Below, one piece after another: positions 11,183 through 25,393 of a DNA stretch of 64,000 bases. Source of the DNA: Vicugna vicugna. Lineage: Eukaryota. The notes below the pieces were generated by a model, which was not told where the DNA came from, did no database searches, and was given only the letters and a program-made list of their open reading frames with translations. Numbering within the stretch: the stretch's first letter is position 1; each line of letters opens with the position of its first letter. The translations under genes and the position numbers were made by a program. The stretch is from positions 3,025,967 to 3,089,966 of the forward strand of contig MU058636.1 in assembly GCA_013265495.1 (NCBI GenBank), read 5' to 3'.

Positions 11183-11350
11183 TTCTTAGCCTGGTTCCCA
11201 GAAACATCACCAGGAGCCATTTAAAAAGACAGAGGCCAGAGCCCTACCCCGGAATGACTCTATCAGACTCTCCTGGACCAGATCTGACATTGGTACTTTT
11301 CAAAGCTCCCCCAGGTAATTGGCATGTGCAGCCACAATTGAGAAACATGA
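11183..11350. mobile_element. MER5-like hAT-Charlie DNA transposon relic
   Basis: ttcttagcctgg...atcaccaggagcc atttaaaaa...ccctacccc...aagctcccccaggtaatt...tgcagcca...ttgagaaac. Confidence 0.7.
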
Positions 11351-11789
11351 TGTAAGTCAGATTCCTTCAAGTTCAGCCCCCCTCCTCCTCCCCAGTCCTA
11401 TCTTAAGGAGAGTGATAACCTGCAGGTACTGTGATTTGCAAAGGTGGCCGCAGTCACAGAGACTTGAGGAACAATCACAGCACCCTGGTCTCTCCTCCCC
11501 CACCCCACTGTGCTCATTCAGTAACCAAGACATTGACCTCTCTGTCCTCTGGCACAGCCCGAGCAAGTCTTTTATCTCAAGACAGTTTCCGCTTTGCTCA
11601 GAGTCCGGCAAGAGAGAGAGACAGGGAAGGTGAAAACTAAAATATCTTGGGATGAGTTGATAATGCCACTATGGGGGCAAGCACTGGCACTTTGAAAGCA
11701 CAGAGGAAATAAGGCAAATTCAGCCTTGAGGTGTCTGGAGTTGAAGCAGGTGAAGACCAGTCGGAGCAGGCGGGATGGTCAGGAAGAGA

Positions 11790-11840
11790 GTGCACACACA
11801 CACACACACACGTGCACACGTGCACAGGCGCACGCACACG
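11790..11840 (+). repeat. (CA)n / alternating purine-pyrimidine tract
   Basis: gtgcacacacacacacacacacgtgcacacgtgcaca...gcgcacgcacacg. Confidence 0.85.
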
Positions 11841-12599
11841 GAGACCCAGACTAGAGGCGGAGGGGCCACGGAGAGGAGGTGGCTGAAGCCCTGACTGATG
11901 CTTGGGAGTCGGGGAGGAGGGGGGATAGAAATTCCCTTAGGAGAGAGAAACTGGAGGCCAATCACTGAGCACTTTGCGATTTAGGCTAAGCAGTTTGGAG
12001 GTACTCTGATGGCAAACGGGAGCCATTGAAGGGTTTTAAACCACTGAGTGTCCCGGTAAGTTTGGTTTTTATAGAAGGATGGAAAAAGCCCTCTGAACTT
12101 CAACAGTACTTTTTCGTCTGTATGTTTTGGGTTATTTGTCATGCTGTGTGACCTCTTGGACCCACATAATTTATTTAAAAACTCTTAGGTAGTCCTGGAG
12201 ATCATCAAACTCCAAGTCTTTTTTTTTTTTTTTTCTTCTTTTTTCAGATCAGGAAGACCAGTTTTATAGGCGACCAGGGCTTCTGTACATTCCTAATTCA
12301 GTTCTTGTTACTCTCTCCTGCCAACAAAGTTCTGCAACTAGTAGGACGAGTCGTTCTGCTACGTAATATATATTCAACCCAGTATATATTTCCTCTGTAA
12401 TTTTTAAAATAAAGAGTGACGCCAGCATCACAGAAGTTTTGGAAATTAAAAATCTATTTTTGTTTTCTGTATATTTCCTTCTGGGATTTTTTTGTGTACA
12501 TAATTTCACATATTTGTGGTCTGCCTACATTTTTCTTTTAAACATTAAATGAATATTCATTTTTTAAAATATGAAACCCTTTAAATGTTACAAATAGCC

Positions 12600-12900
12600 A
12601 CCTAATCTGCCTACTCCTTATTTTGAAGGTTGCATACTATTCCACTGCATCAACGCACTGTAATTTATACAATCATTTTCTATCTGGGGGACATATGATT
12701 GCTTGCAATTGTACAATCTTTGTGCATAGAAATCTTTCTGTGTTTTGAATTACTTGCCTAGGCAAGAGTCAGAAACTGTTATCCCTGAGTCAAGTCTGCA
12801 AGCATCCCTGTGGCTCTAGAACTGTACATCCAAGTTATTCTCCAAAGGGTTTACTTGCTTAGAATGAACAAGAGTACCAGCTCTACCAGCACCCCAACCC
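12600..12900 (-). mobile_element. Ancient L1ME-like fragment
   Basis: gttgcatactattccactg...taatttatacaatcattt...ggacatatgattgcttgcaatt...tccaaagggtt. Confidence 0.55.
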
Positions 12901-13585
12901 CAGCCCGTATGTGTATCTATAGTTACATCTACGTGTTTCTAATATGATCTATGTTCATATACCCTTGACGCAGCAGCAGTGCACAGTAGTGGCTGTGCCC
13001 TGCCCCGTTCCCCCACCAACTCTTCTCTCCTCCAAGATACAATCCAAGTAAAAACAAATGTTTTCCATGTAAGCACAGCTTCAATAACACACTCAGACAC
13101 ATATCCACACACACACACACACCCCCTAGATAGGAAACCCCTCATATTTAGAAATTTTGGATTTGGCCCTGACTGTGTATGCTCATTTACTCAGTTAAAA
13201 AAAAACCCTGTACCTTGTGGTGGTTCATTTTGCATTCAGATGATTTCCATCTGATGGAGCCTTTTTCTGGGTGTAAGAAATAAACATTTTTGAAGGCTTG
13301 ACATTGAGTGAGCAGAAACAGGGCGGCGGGCACAGGCAGGTCTGGGGCCAGTGTGGACTAAGCCCCAGTAGCTTGCCGCCCTCGCGGCTGGGCTGATCTC
13401 CACGTGGGGAGGGTGCCTCCTCCCTCCAGCCGGGCAATGGGTGACATGACCCTGGAGTTTAAAGGGTCATTTTGGTACAGATATCGATCAGGTAACACTC
13501 AAATTATTTTCTTATTTACAAATAAGTTACTGACATAATACAGCCCCTGGGCCACCACATCATGAATGGAGGAGGTGACACCCAG

Positions 13586-13711
13586 TTTTTTTTTAACTGA
13601 AGTATAGTTAGTTGATTTACAATGTTGTATTTCTGGTATACAGCATAGTGATTCAGTTATACATATATTTTCTTCATATTCTTTTTCATTATAGGTTATT
13701 ACAAGATTTTG
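13586..13711 (-). mobile_element. Cetartiodactyl-type L1 3' end, short truncated copy
   Basis: Poly-T then aactgaagtatagtt...gatttacaatgttgtatttctggtatacagcatagtgattcagttatacat...ttataggttattacaagat; same family as 18244-18943 and 60031-60880. Confidence 0.85.
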
Positions 13712-15699
13712 CTGCAGGTTGGCAGCTTTGTTATCTCTCTCTTTGGCTGCAGTCACCTTTCCATCTGCTTGTACTGTGGGTCTCCAACTACCTCTAACCT
13801 TAAGGGCCTGAGCTGGGTTTTCTTCATCTTTGTAGCCCTAGAACTTAACATAGTGAATGAATAAAACCGAACAACCTTATCAATTAGTGCATTGAAGAGA
13901 CGAAACTACAAATTCTCTTCCCGGTTCCATGATTTTGTGAAGTCAGGGATGACCCTTTGATGTAATATTCAGACCTAGAGGTGTGCCTCGTTAACACAGA
14001 AATAATATTCAGACTTGGTTCACTTTTGCCCACACTGTTGAACATCCAGCGCTAAAGGTGGAAGGAACCTTAGTGATGACATCATCTCCAACCCTTTTAA
14101 CAAATGAGGAAACAGAAACTTCTTGAGAAGCAGCCCCATTTTCTCTGTAATTTTCAAATGTATGTGAGGATGAGTTTCCGCTAAGATGTCCCAAGAAACA
14201 AAAAGGCAGGATAGTTCCTAGTGGCATTATGTAATTGTTGAATTAAGTAATTTTGTGTTAAGTCATGACAAATGTACCAAGAGTATATAAAATGGATCAT
14301 CAAGTTGGTATCCTAAAGCATACTCATCAGTCTTGGTGTTCATTGTCCTAGGAATCAGCTCACCATCATAGGATTATTCAATGAAAAAATACTTTTTTTG
14401 ATGTCAAAAGTAATAAAACTCTATCCAACTTTTAAAAAATCCTGTGTAAGCATTATATTCCCACGTAGGCAAGGGACCTCTCCTTAATACTAACTTTGTG
14501 GCGTGAACTGTAAATTGTTTCTTTTGTACCCCAATAACCTTGACTGTAGCTATCGTTTTTGACACTAGTTTTTTTAAATTAATTGATCCATAATTATTTC
14601 ACGCTGTTCAAATTGTGTTTTCCTCTTCATCAAGGGAGGTAGTGGCATTGTCTGTCAATAAATGTACCGCAGATTATGTTAATATTTAAAAGAGCCTAAT
14701 GAAGAACAGAGGAGAGTTTTCTCCAAAGCCTTGTGTGTGCCCTTGAAGGCTTCCAACGTATCACACTCACAGGGAAGTCACCACAGTCGGAAGGGCTGGG
14801 GCCTGTGAGTGGCCTCTGTCATCACTGCTTCAGTTCTTGAGTCAGGCCTCGTGGGGACAGCTGCCCCGTGGCTGAATCTCGCGACTGGCCATGTTTCCTA
14901 CACTGAATAATCAGTGAGCACGTGCAATCCTCCAGCACATGGACCAGACACCTCACAGAGGAGCCAGGGCCCAGCTATCTCGCAAGGGCAGCCGCAGTGA
15001 AAGAGTGGATCCCCCTGTTTAACTGGGCATCTCGTCCAGCATGCCAGGAGCCTTCATAGCACATCACCTTTGCATCTCCTGGGGGAATTCAGACGTCATT
15101 AATTTATCACAATGACTACCTTTGTCTTAATGCCACAGCTGAAAGACCTAAAACGAACTCTACTGATGACAGTGAAAGAGAAAGGGGGAAAAATAATATA
15201 TTGGTTAGGAGTTGAGCCCTGGATTTAAATCCTGCCTCTGCCATTTACTAGTTGTGTAAACATGGGTGAGTTGCTCAATTTTCTCATCAAAAAAGAAAGA
15301 AGGAAAGAAAGAATGAATGAAAGTAGACACATTTTTCAGAAAGTAATTTTTCCCCCAGTTTAAATGTTTGTTCTTTGTTTGGAGAGATGCTTTTCTTACT
15401 TTTCTGGTGTTACTATAATTTCTTTGAAATGGCTGGTAGTATGTTGTCATTATTATATATTCTGTAAAAATTGGAATCCCTATAGTGGTCTCTGTGGAGT
15501 CTTAAAAATGCTTTATCAAATTGTGTACTTAAAAATGTGCATTTTACTATGCATCAGCTTTACTTTCATAAAGTTAAAAAAAAACAAATGAACTGTTTTT
15601 CAGGTCATGAAATCTGAAAGCTTATCACATCTGTTCTGCTCTGGTTCCAGAGGGCTCTTTCTAAAAGGTGTAAAGAATCATGTTGCCCCCCCATAATCA

Positions 15700-15910
15700 T
15701 CATCAAAGCTAAAAGCAACTGCACATGTTCATATGCCCAGAACAGGGCGAAGTACCTTTGCTTCATTAATCTCCACAACAAACGTGGGCTCTCTTATTAT
15801 CCCATGCGAAACGTGGCCCAGACAGCAGGGCACGTGTCTTGTAAGTAGTGGAACTGGGACTTGAACCAGGTCTGACTCACTCAAAAGCCCCTGATTGCTC
15901 TTCACCACTC
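15700..15910 (-). mobile_element. MIR SINE (degenerate)
   Basis: ttcattaatctccacaacaa...ttattatccc...gtaagtagtggaactgggacttgaaccaggtctgact...caaaagcc. Confidence 0.65.
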
Positions 15911-16324
15911 TATTTTTTGCCTCCTTGCTTAAAACTCTTTCAATGCCATCCCAAGTGCCTTAGTTCATTTCCTGCAGTATTTGGCCCCTGCTTTCTCTCT
16001 AATTTTTCACCTGTCTTCACCCTTCAATGCCTGCTACAGTAACACAGAAAAGCTTGCAGATCTGAGAACTCGGTAAGTTCTTTATGCGTCTGTGCTTTTG
16101 CATGAGCTGCTCCTTGTGCCTGCTGAAATTCATCCCTGTGTCATCACTTGGCTGACTCCTACGCATCCTCTGAAAGTCAGTGGAAGTACTCTATGACCTT
16201 CCCCAAACCTCAGCCAACCAAAGTTTCAGCCTCAGAAGGACCACGGGGAAGACACTGGGGACTGCGTGGCCATGTGGCATCCCTGGAATGGTACCTTGGC
16301 AGGCACGTGTACTGCTTTTGCCTG

Positions 16325-16675
16325 CATTTGCCTCCAGTGTGTCAGGCACCTGCTGGGTGCAGACAGGTCAGGAAATGCACAGCTCACGCAGCTTGGATTT
16401 TACTTGCAGAGACAACTAATAAACTCAGCAAGTACACGAACAGGTATACAAGATAATTTGGGATTGTCATAAATCTTCAAAGAAAATAAAAATAAAATGG
16501 AGTAATGAAAGAAAGAATGACAGGTGTAGGGGGAAGGGAGCTAGGGGCAAGAGGTAACTAGGGTCGATGGTCAGATGAAGTCTTGGAAAAGACTGCATTT
16601 GAGCTGAGACCCAAATGAAAAGGAGGAGCCAGCTAAGTGAAGGACCAGGGGGCAGGTGGTTCCAGGTATTTTTCA
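16325..16675 (-). mobile_element. L2 LINE fragment
   Basis: tgtgtcaggcac...atggtcagatgaagtct...catttgagctgagacccaaatga...ggagccagcta...ttccagg. Confidence 0.7.
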
Positions 16676-18243
16676 CTTAGAGGAAATATCACGCGTAGAC
16701 ATCTAAAATCCCAACCTTCCCTGGCCTGTCACGAGAATTCAGCACAGAATTCAGTTGTTCACAAAAATGCAGAGTTGGATAATTCAGCTGAAGAAATGAG
16801 GAAGTCTCAGTCGCTGGGCTCTGCATCTCTTAGGACCCTCCCAGCATCCCCCTGCTGGGAATATTTTATTGCTTCACAAGATTGGTCAGATTGTCTCAGG
16901 GAAGCGAGGGAAATAAAGTCAATGGGGAATTACTATGCTTCTGATTTGTCAACAAAGCTGCCCCTGTCTCCTGGGTACAGCCAGTTCTGACAGTCTCAAA
17001 GTTCTATGGGGATTTGGAGAGGAATTTTCTGTTTTGACTTTGCGGGTAGGTTTTTCATGAAATATTCCTCTGTACTGTTATTTCCTCCTGTGTCACTTTT
17101 CCATCCCTGATCTTATACCCAAGTGACATTAAAGTAGGAACATAAGTCCTCAGTGAGATCGGGAGCTCACGGAAGAGACAGGGACACGGTAATTTTGTGC
17201 ATTTGTTAAAGCCCCAGAAGGCTTTCCCAGTTCTGCTTAGTGAATTTCTCTTGCCGTTTTTGAATGGAACTGAGATCACCAGCATTCAGATTTAGCTTGA
17301 AAATTAAAATGCATATGGGTTCTGAATCAGCTCTAAAGGTGAGAAAAAAGGTTATTTCCTCCGCATAGAAAGTCTAACATGAGGATTTTCCTAAAATATG
17401 TTATTTTGTAAGTACTTTAAAACACCACAGCGACGTGAACAAAGATGCGCTTGGTGATGTTCGCGGCGTACAGGATGGCAGCCTGAGGGTTTGAAGCGTC
17501 AAGCCCAGCCATTTTCATTACCACTGAAAATCTCCATCATTCATTATATTTTTACAAAGTCATCTTTCCCCCAAATCCTTGGAGCTCAGAGCAGATTTCA
17601 CCCCAAGTATTTCTGTGTGTTACAGAGGATACAACACAAACATAACACAAGTGGAAGAGGAAGGGAAGTGAAGACGCAGTCCACCCAGACGTAAAGTTTG
17701 CAAAAGAGTAAGTTAACAGGAAAACGAGGGCAGCAGGCACAGATCCGTGCCCTGGGCGGGAGGCAGAGCGTGGCAGCGGCTCCCTTCAGAGGCTCTGCTT
17801 CTCCCCGGGGAGCCTAGAGCAAGCGTCCTCGACCCTCTCCATTCCTCCACCGCTCACGACACTGGCCTCACGACCTCGGCTGTTTAGTTATCTTGCCAGC
17901 GGGGAATTACACCAATTACAAAGTCAAGGATGTGAAGCTTTTGTGAAGCTCTTCCCCTTGCAGTTTCTCATACTGCCTGGGGCTTTCATCAGGTAGCAGG
18001 ATGGGCAAAGAACACGCAATATCCCCCCAAGCCTTCCAGACGCTATCCCGCATCTGCCTGTTTTCAGGAGAGAGAAGGCAAGGAAAGAGAAGGAAACGAC
18101 AAGACAAGAATAGAAAGAAAAAGGAAGGGGTCGCAGAAGGGGAGCTGGAAACTCCATGTCTGGCACTGTTTGGAACTTAACATACTTAATTTCATATAAT
18201 CTTTACAACAACCGTGTGAGGTCACATCCTTTTGCCCATTTTT

Positions 18244-18943
18244 TTTTCAGTTGAAGTATAGTCAGTTTACAATGTGTTAATTTCTGGAGTATAGCCTAGT
18301 AATTCAGTTACACATGTATGTATTCTTTTTCATATTCTTTTCCATTATAGGCTATTACAAGGTATTGAATATAGTTCCCTGTATTATACAGTAGGACCTT
18401 GCTGTTTATCTATTTTATATATACTAGTGTGTATCTGCTAATCCCAAACTCCTAATTTATTCCTCCCCCACCCCCTTTCCTCTTTGGTAACCATAAGTTT
18501 GTTTTCTGTGTCTATGCACCTGTTTCTGTTTTGTAGGTAAGTTTGTTTGTGTCATTTTTTTAGATTCCACATAGAAGTGATATCATATGATATTTGTCTT
18601 TCTCTGTCTGACTTACTTCACTTAGTATGACAAGTTCCATGTCCATCCATGTTGCTGCAAATGGCATTATTTCATCCTTTTTCATGGCTGAGTAGTATTC
18701 CTTGTATAAATATACCACATCTTCTTTATCCAGTCATCTATCAATGGACATTTAGGTTGCTTCCATGCCTTGGCTATTGTAAATAGTGCTGATATGAACA
18801 TTGGGGTACATGAATCTTTTCTAATTAGAGTTTCTTCCTCCAGATATATGCCCACAAGCAGGATTGCTGAATCTTATGGTAAGTCTATTTTTTAGTTTTT
18901 AAAGGAATTTCCATACTGTTTTCCATAATGGCTGCACAAAACA
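18244..18943 (-). mobile_element. Cetartiodactyl-type L1, 5'-truncated (~700 bp), inserted into a MIR, 14-bp TSD
   Basis: Poly-T + ttgaagtatagtcagtttacaatg...tatagttccctgtattatacagtaggacct...ttgctgcaaatggcattatttc...ttccataatggctgcac. TSD ttttgcccattttt at 18230-18243 and 18944-18957; the MIR motif cccatttttacagat is split. Confidence 0.92.
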
Positions 18944-20809
18944 TTTTGCCCATTTTTACAGATATTTAATTCTGAGAAGGGTTAGGAGAAGGGCAGAGAA
19001 TAAGTAGGAAAGGTACCACATGGCAGTGGGCACTGATGCTCAAGGGCGGAGTTGAGTTAAAACCTAAGGAGAACATAAGCATCACTCTCTGTAGCTTACA
19101 CATACACACTTTTCTTTCATAAACAGCAAAAACAGGTAAGTAGCTTTAGGGACCTGGAGATAAGTTATTGGCTTAATAAAATGCTGGTCTTTGAATTTAG
19201 TTTCTTCTAAGGATATAATCTATCTGTTAAATCCACTCTTGGGTTTCTCTTTTTCCTGCAGGGATGCTCCTTCTTTCTGTACAAATATGATTACAGGTAG
19301 CTCTGCATCATGACATAGCAAAAGAAATCAAAATAAAATGGTGCTGTTTATTTAAAAACAAATCACACTACTAACGTCTATGAAGATAAAATGATTGCAA
19401 GCTTAAACAGGTCTCCTGACACTATAAAACGCTTGGAGGCCTGAACAGGTCTTGTGACTTTTTGCCATTCTTTTCCTCGCAAGCTCCATCCCTTTAGGAC
19501 ACAAGCAAGTGGCCCAAAGCTCATTTTTTCAAGTGTTCTAAAGAAGCACTTGTCAAATTTCAAATTCAAATTTCCTTCCAGGCTGCACGCTGAACAAAGT
19601 GAAGGATGAGTCTATTGGGAGCTTGAGTGTGTTTTGCCTACACCTGGTGGTTACGCATCTTGGGGTTTATACTGTATGTCACCAAATTAAAACACCAGAA
19701 CACTCTGAGTAAGGTTATTCCTTTGGAATATGCTAAATAACAGTTATAAAAATACTTCAGGGAGGGTTTTGTTGTCATTGGAGATGGATCCCTACCCCCC
19801 AAACTTAAACTCCAATTGTATTTCTTCATATGTACGCTTTTTACAAGGGCATGTGCTGCTTGTGACAGGGACACTCGGGAGCGTCCAGCTCGGACCTCTG
19901 TGCCCCTGGTTTCCCCTCCCTAAGAGCCTGAAATTCTTCTTTCTGCCCTGGGCCCAAAGAGTATATATCTCCCTGTATTTTTATCCCCTGGAGGTCATGA
20001 TCATGCTAACGACACGCAGGAGGGCCAGGAGGGCAAGCGGATTGGAGAAAAGCACTTTCCTCCAGATGGTAACTGACAAGGGTGCACTGTGCCCACAGGC
20101 AGGTGGTTATAGGTAACAGAAAAGAGCCTCGCTTGGTTCAGGTGACTCAGATCCCATGGGATAGAGAGCTCTGTCCAGCCTCACAAGTCAAGCCTATCTT
20201 CATCCACTGTCGTCCTGATTTCTGCCGGAGCCCTGCAAAGTCCCACTCTTCTTGTCCACCCGGCCCTAGGCCAAGCTGTTCTTCCTGGATACCAGAGCAG
20301 AGTCTCTGCCAGGCCCTAGATTCTAGTCCCACTTCCAGCAGAGCTCCCAGTCAAACTTCTCTGACCCCAAGAAGAGGTCTTTTCTGATGCTAAGCTTTGA
20401 TTGAAATAAACACTGAGTCTCCCTTTTGGAATCATCTTCTGGTTTCTGCCTGTTTTCCCTTTTCCCTTTGTTCACTAGACTCAGCCATCCGGTTTTTTTC
20501 TGGGGGAATAACAGGAATATCTATTGTTTACACATTAAGAGATAAATTTTAAGAATCACGGCAGTCATTCAACAGATATATATACACTGTACCATGCGCA
20601 GCTTCTAGATGGACCCTGCCTGAATTAGCCTTCTGTTCCCTACTCATGTGAACTGGGTCATCACTATAATGACTACGATGCTCCTTTGAAATATCTATTT
20701 GTATCAATACCTAGTCAATATCAATACCTAAAATGTTTCTTAACTCTAATCTTTGCAAAAATAACAAAAGGATTAATTAAGAATGACTGAGTTCAGTTAA
20801 GAAGGAAGT

Positions 20810-21045
20810 GCCTGAGGAGAAATGCCTCCTTTTTTCATTCATTCCTTCTTTCCTTCTTGAGGTGTTATCCTATGAGAGTATGATGGTTGGAGCTATAGCA
20901 GCCACTTTGTAACCATGAGAGAAAGACCAAGATAATGGAAGATTCAGAACCCAGAGCCCAGACACAATTGAGCAGCTGAATCAACCTTGTAAACTCCTAC
21001 CTGAGACTTCCTGTGATGTGTGATAATTAAATGTCTATGTTATCT
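20810..21045 (+). mobile_element. MLT1 (ERVL-MaLR, J/K-like) LTR fragment
   Basis: tgatggttggagctatagcagccactttgtaaccatgag...ttgagcagctgaatcaacct...gacttcctgtgatgtgtgataattaaatgtct. Confidence 0.7.
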
Positions 21046-24000
21046 TAGTAAAAAAAAAATGAGTTTAGAAAAGGCATATAAAGGAATTTGTCTTTTAAAA
21101 AACTGTTAAAAATCACAAATACAAAAGTAATATATCCTCATTAGAAAAATATGAAAGGACATAAAGCCAGAAAAATAAACTTTACCCACAACCTTGACCT
21201 TAACTCTTTTCCTACCCCCATCATTAGTCTTTTTTTTTACATTTCTTCTAAATATTTGGAGCCAAACTAGATGTCAAATTGCAAATCTTGCCCCTTTTTT
21301 CACTACCATAAACATTTTGCCAGCATCACAACTCTTTGTAACTATCATAGTGAATGGCTGCATATCAATCCATTTACATATATGTTTGCATTTAACATTT
21401 TTACCTGAGCTGAAACAGGTACGTGAATATGACTTTGATATCCTCTCTCTTACCAAACCCAGTATCTTGGGAAGATCCTAAGGAATAGTTTTCCAAGGTC
21501 CAGTTATAATTAAGAACAAAAATAAAAAATCCTTAGGCTGTATCATTAACTCAAATAGTCAAAGCTGAATGTATTTTAAATGTTCATTTACTTTCTTCAT
21601 TTTTGATTATTTAGAGCTCAGTCTAGCATCATTTAGACCCAGGTCTTTAGGCTCTTGGCAATTGATAAAAATTTATATTTTGACTATGTACACAGCAGAA
21701 CAAATATATTCATATATGAGTGGCTAATGTTTCCACCCCCAAAAATCCTTCATGCCAGCTGTCTACCTTTTCAATTAATGTGTATTACATTTTATTTAGT
21801 TTTTTTCTAAGAGATTTCACAAATCCTCAAAGTAGCTGGAGTTGCCCTGAAATATTACATAACTACGGCCTTGGAACCATGATGAAAGTTATGTTAATAT
21901 CATGTCTTACATGACAGCAACAACATTCCTTTGGTGTTTTTTGATGGAGCAACAGTTTTGAGGAGCCAACAGGAAAAAAAAAATTCCATTGTTTGCCTGG
22001 CTGATTGTAAAGTCTCATTTCACGGAATGAAATTTCATTTAAATGTCATTATAAGGCAGTTTTTAGTTATTACATTCTAGTGATGGAGGAGTTTGTAATG
22101 TATTCATGGAAATAATTAAGTGCTCATAATAGGGCTCTTGTTCAGCATTTCTGAAAACGGCATTCTTTTAAACTCTAAAAGCTCAGAATCCTCCTATTAT
22201 CTTTGATTGATCCCCTGAAATGCCCTCTCGTTCAATTTCAAGCAGTAACGCACATTGAGGATTTGGAGAACCCGAAAGGGAAGTTCATAGAGGCTGACTG
22301 AGCCGAGCAGTCAGAATTAGAGGTTTGCTTTTGAAAATGCATTACCTTGAACAGTATTCAGCTAAACATCTTGAGGAAAATTTAGACAGCTGGAGAGGCA
22401 GAGCCTTTGGGTGCGATAGGTTTTTTTCCTCCTCTAATTCTTAGGTTGCTTGGGATAGAATTCCAGAAAGGAATCCTTAAGACCTTGAGAAGTCCAGGCC
22501 CCCAACACAGCAGTCTGTATCCCAGGGGACATGACTTTAAATTTATCCTCACTCGGAGGCAGGAAGGAAAATTCTTTTTCTGCAAAACCAGCCCCTACTC
22601 CCACCATCAGATTTCCTCTGATTTGTAGAAACTGTATCAGCATTTTGTGAAGGTGAAGGAGCTCGGAAACAAAGGGCTACATTTGCTTTTGAAGGTCTGG
22701 CGGGGGCAAAGCAAGATTCTTTTTTCTCCCTAGAGGGCTGGATGGCGCAATAAACGACAAGCACGTGAGTGTGGGTCACAGAGCAGGAATCTGAAGGACA
22801 CGTCCAGCCCTTCTGGATAGGAAGGAGGTCTCAGTTTAAGTTTCTTATTCTCCAGGTTAGAAAAACATACTTCCCCAACTAATTTTGCCCTTTTCCATCT
22901 CTGTGGTTTTGTTTTACAACATTAATTTACAAATTTCCTTGCTCTGCCTCGTATCTCTTTGCATTGGACCCATCATTCCTTCATCAGAATCAGTTGTAAA
23001 TTTATTCCTACTTTTGCAGCTTTGTCTAATATCAGGGTTTTCTTTGTCTGTTTGTTCATTTTTATAGGATGTAATCTCCCAAACAGCCTGGGAAATTTTA
23101 AAAGAAAATCAAAGATACTCAAACTTCCGTCGTGCTGGGATCTGGATTGCCTTGCTCTGCAGCGCGGAGCCCCCCAGCCCACCTCTGTACTTTACATTCC
23201 CTTCTATTTACGTTAAATTACCCTTTACACATTAATCATCAACGCTGCCAAAACCAGAGTGTGATTGGAGCAATCTGGCCTTGATTCTTTTATTCTTTAA
23301 ATTAAAACGAAGCCAAAAGACCAAAGCTCAGAGTAGCAAATAAAGAAGAGTCTGTCTTAAGAAAGTCTGAAGGATTAAATTCCAGATTTGCAAAACCCAT
23401 GCATTAGGGAGTGATTATTGGCTTTGTAAAAGAATCCTTCACTTTGCAAAGGAGCAACTAATGGATTTGTTTGAAAGCTCTATTGCATTTAAAATCATTT
23501 GGTTTACCTCCCTTTAATTTACACCAAGAACCCTTTTCTTGGGTAAAGCCAGCGATGTCCAGCAAATGGCCAAAGATAACAATCACTTACTAGAGAAAGT
23601 CTGAAAGGTAACAGCTGTTAAAACCACTGCTGGGATAAACTGGGTCAGTGGCAGTTTCTGTAAGAATGGGTGACATGCAGAGACATCCACTAAAATGTCC
23701 CCACTTTGGAGAAGCAGAATGGTCTTGTCCATCGATGGAGATCTGTTTCACTTGGTGAGATAATTAGATCTTGGCTGAGATAAAACAGTTACTAAAGTAC
23801 ACAGAGGCGAACTGGCTTTAATACAGAACCTTGAGATAAGAGTTCTAGGGAGAGTACAGAATAATTAAGAAACTGTGAACATTTTCAACTCATCTAAATG
23901 GGAAAACACAAGGGGAGTTAATGAAATCTGGAATGCTCAAATTAGAGCTTAATTTTGTTAAAAATCATTAGTTAACATTTATTGAGTACCACACACCATG

Positions 24001-25393
24001 GCCAGTCAGTGGGCTGGGCATTTTCTCTGTCTCATTCAATGCAAAGTCATAAATGGATGAACTCAACAACATAAACCACGTTTAATGGCAACCTTTATTT
24101 AAATCTAGAATTAAAAGCAAAATCTTACTCACTTTAGTCTGGATTTTTCTTCCTAATGGCAAGAGTTTTACATCCGCAAAGGGACAAGTTATGTTGAACT
24201 CATGGGTAATTAAATATTGACTTTACTTCATCTAAATTATTGCTCATTTTACAAAAAATTAGAATGAGACATTATATATGTGTGATATGGCTTGGAAGTA
24301 AGATTAAAATTTCATTTCATTTCCATTTATTTCCTCTAATAGCTTTTTAGTGGAAGTGTTTTCTTTCCTTCCTCTCCTTGAATCCCCAAAGGACTTTGTT
24401 GAAGAAGAAAACCCCAGCTCCCTTGGAGGTGAGGACAGAGGGGAGGTAGGGTCATTCCTGCTCAGTGATGGGAGTGCATTTCCCATTGTAGAGAGTCCTC
24501 TTCCTCTGAACCAGGGCTAAATGCTTCAAACCTGAAATTTCACCAAAGACCTTAACGGGATTGAGTTCTGGCCAAAACAATTGCCTTTGGCGGTTCTGGA
24601 AACTGTCTCTGGAGTTGGCATGACTCACATCGCCCTCACCGGACCTTTTGCGTTCTTACACCTCTCTACCCACCTAGTTCCTTACTCACCTGAGCTCTAT
24701 TTTTAGGCATCTACGTTGCTATTTCAGGGACTGATTTATAGCATGACATCATTGTGAAGTATCTTCAGTTGACATTGTTCTCTGATTGTTGCCCACATTC
24801 TGCCTCATCTTCCACAACAAGTCTTACCTGTTCATCACGGCAGCCGTGTCACAAGATGACTCACGCTCCCTGGCTAGCCCTGGAGATGCCTTTCCATCCA
24901 CACGTGTGCTTCCGGCTCTCAACTTGGTGTCCGGGGCTCTGGTCTCTAACTTGGTGAGCTTAGGAGTTAAGGGCCTAAAACAACAACTATATAGTAAGGG
25001 ACATTTGAAAAAAAAAATCACATATTTACTTATTCACTGTTAGATCTTAACCAATGATTTCTTCCTTGACAGATAAAAATTACATTTACTTCTCTTTCAC
25101 CTTCTCAATATACTAGAGGTCATAATTCTACAAATATCATACACTGCAGATCCAAGAGCCATCACTACTGTTTCTTTACAGCACAGCGTTGTGTTGTTGG
25201 AGTTTCAAACAGCCTCGTTTCTTCCCTCGTATAATGCACTCGCCTCTACTTCCCCCAGTGCTCCTTCTGATCGTTGACATCTTTGAATTTCTGTCTTCCT
25301 AGCGATCTTCCTTATAGAGCCCTCTGTCCTCTTTCAACCTGAGTCATTACCTCCTGCTTTATAGTTGTTCTTCAGACTTCTCTTTGACACTAT

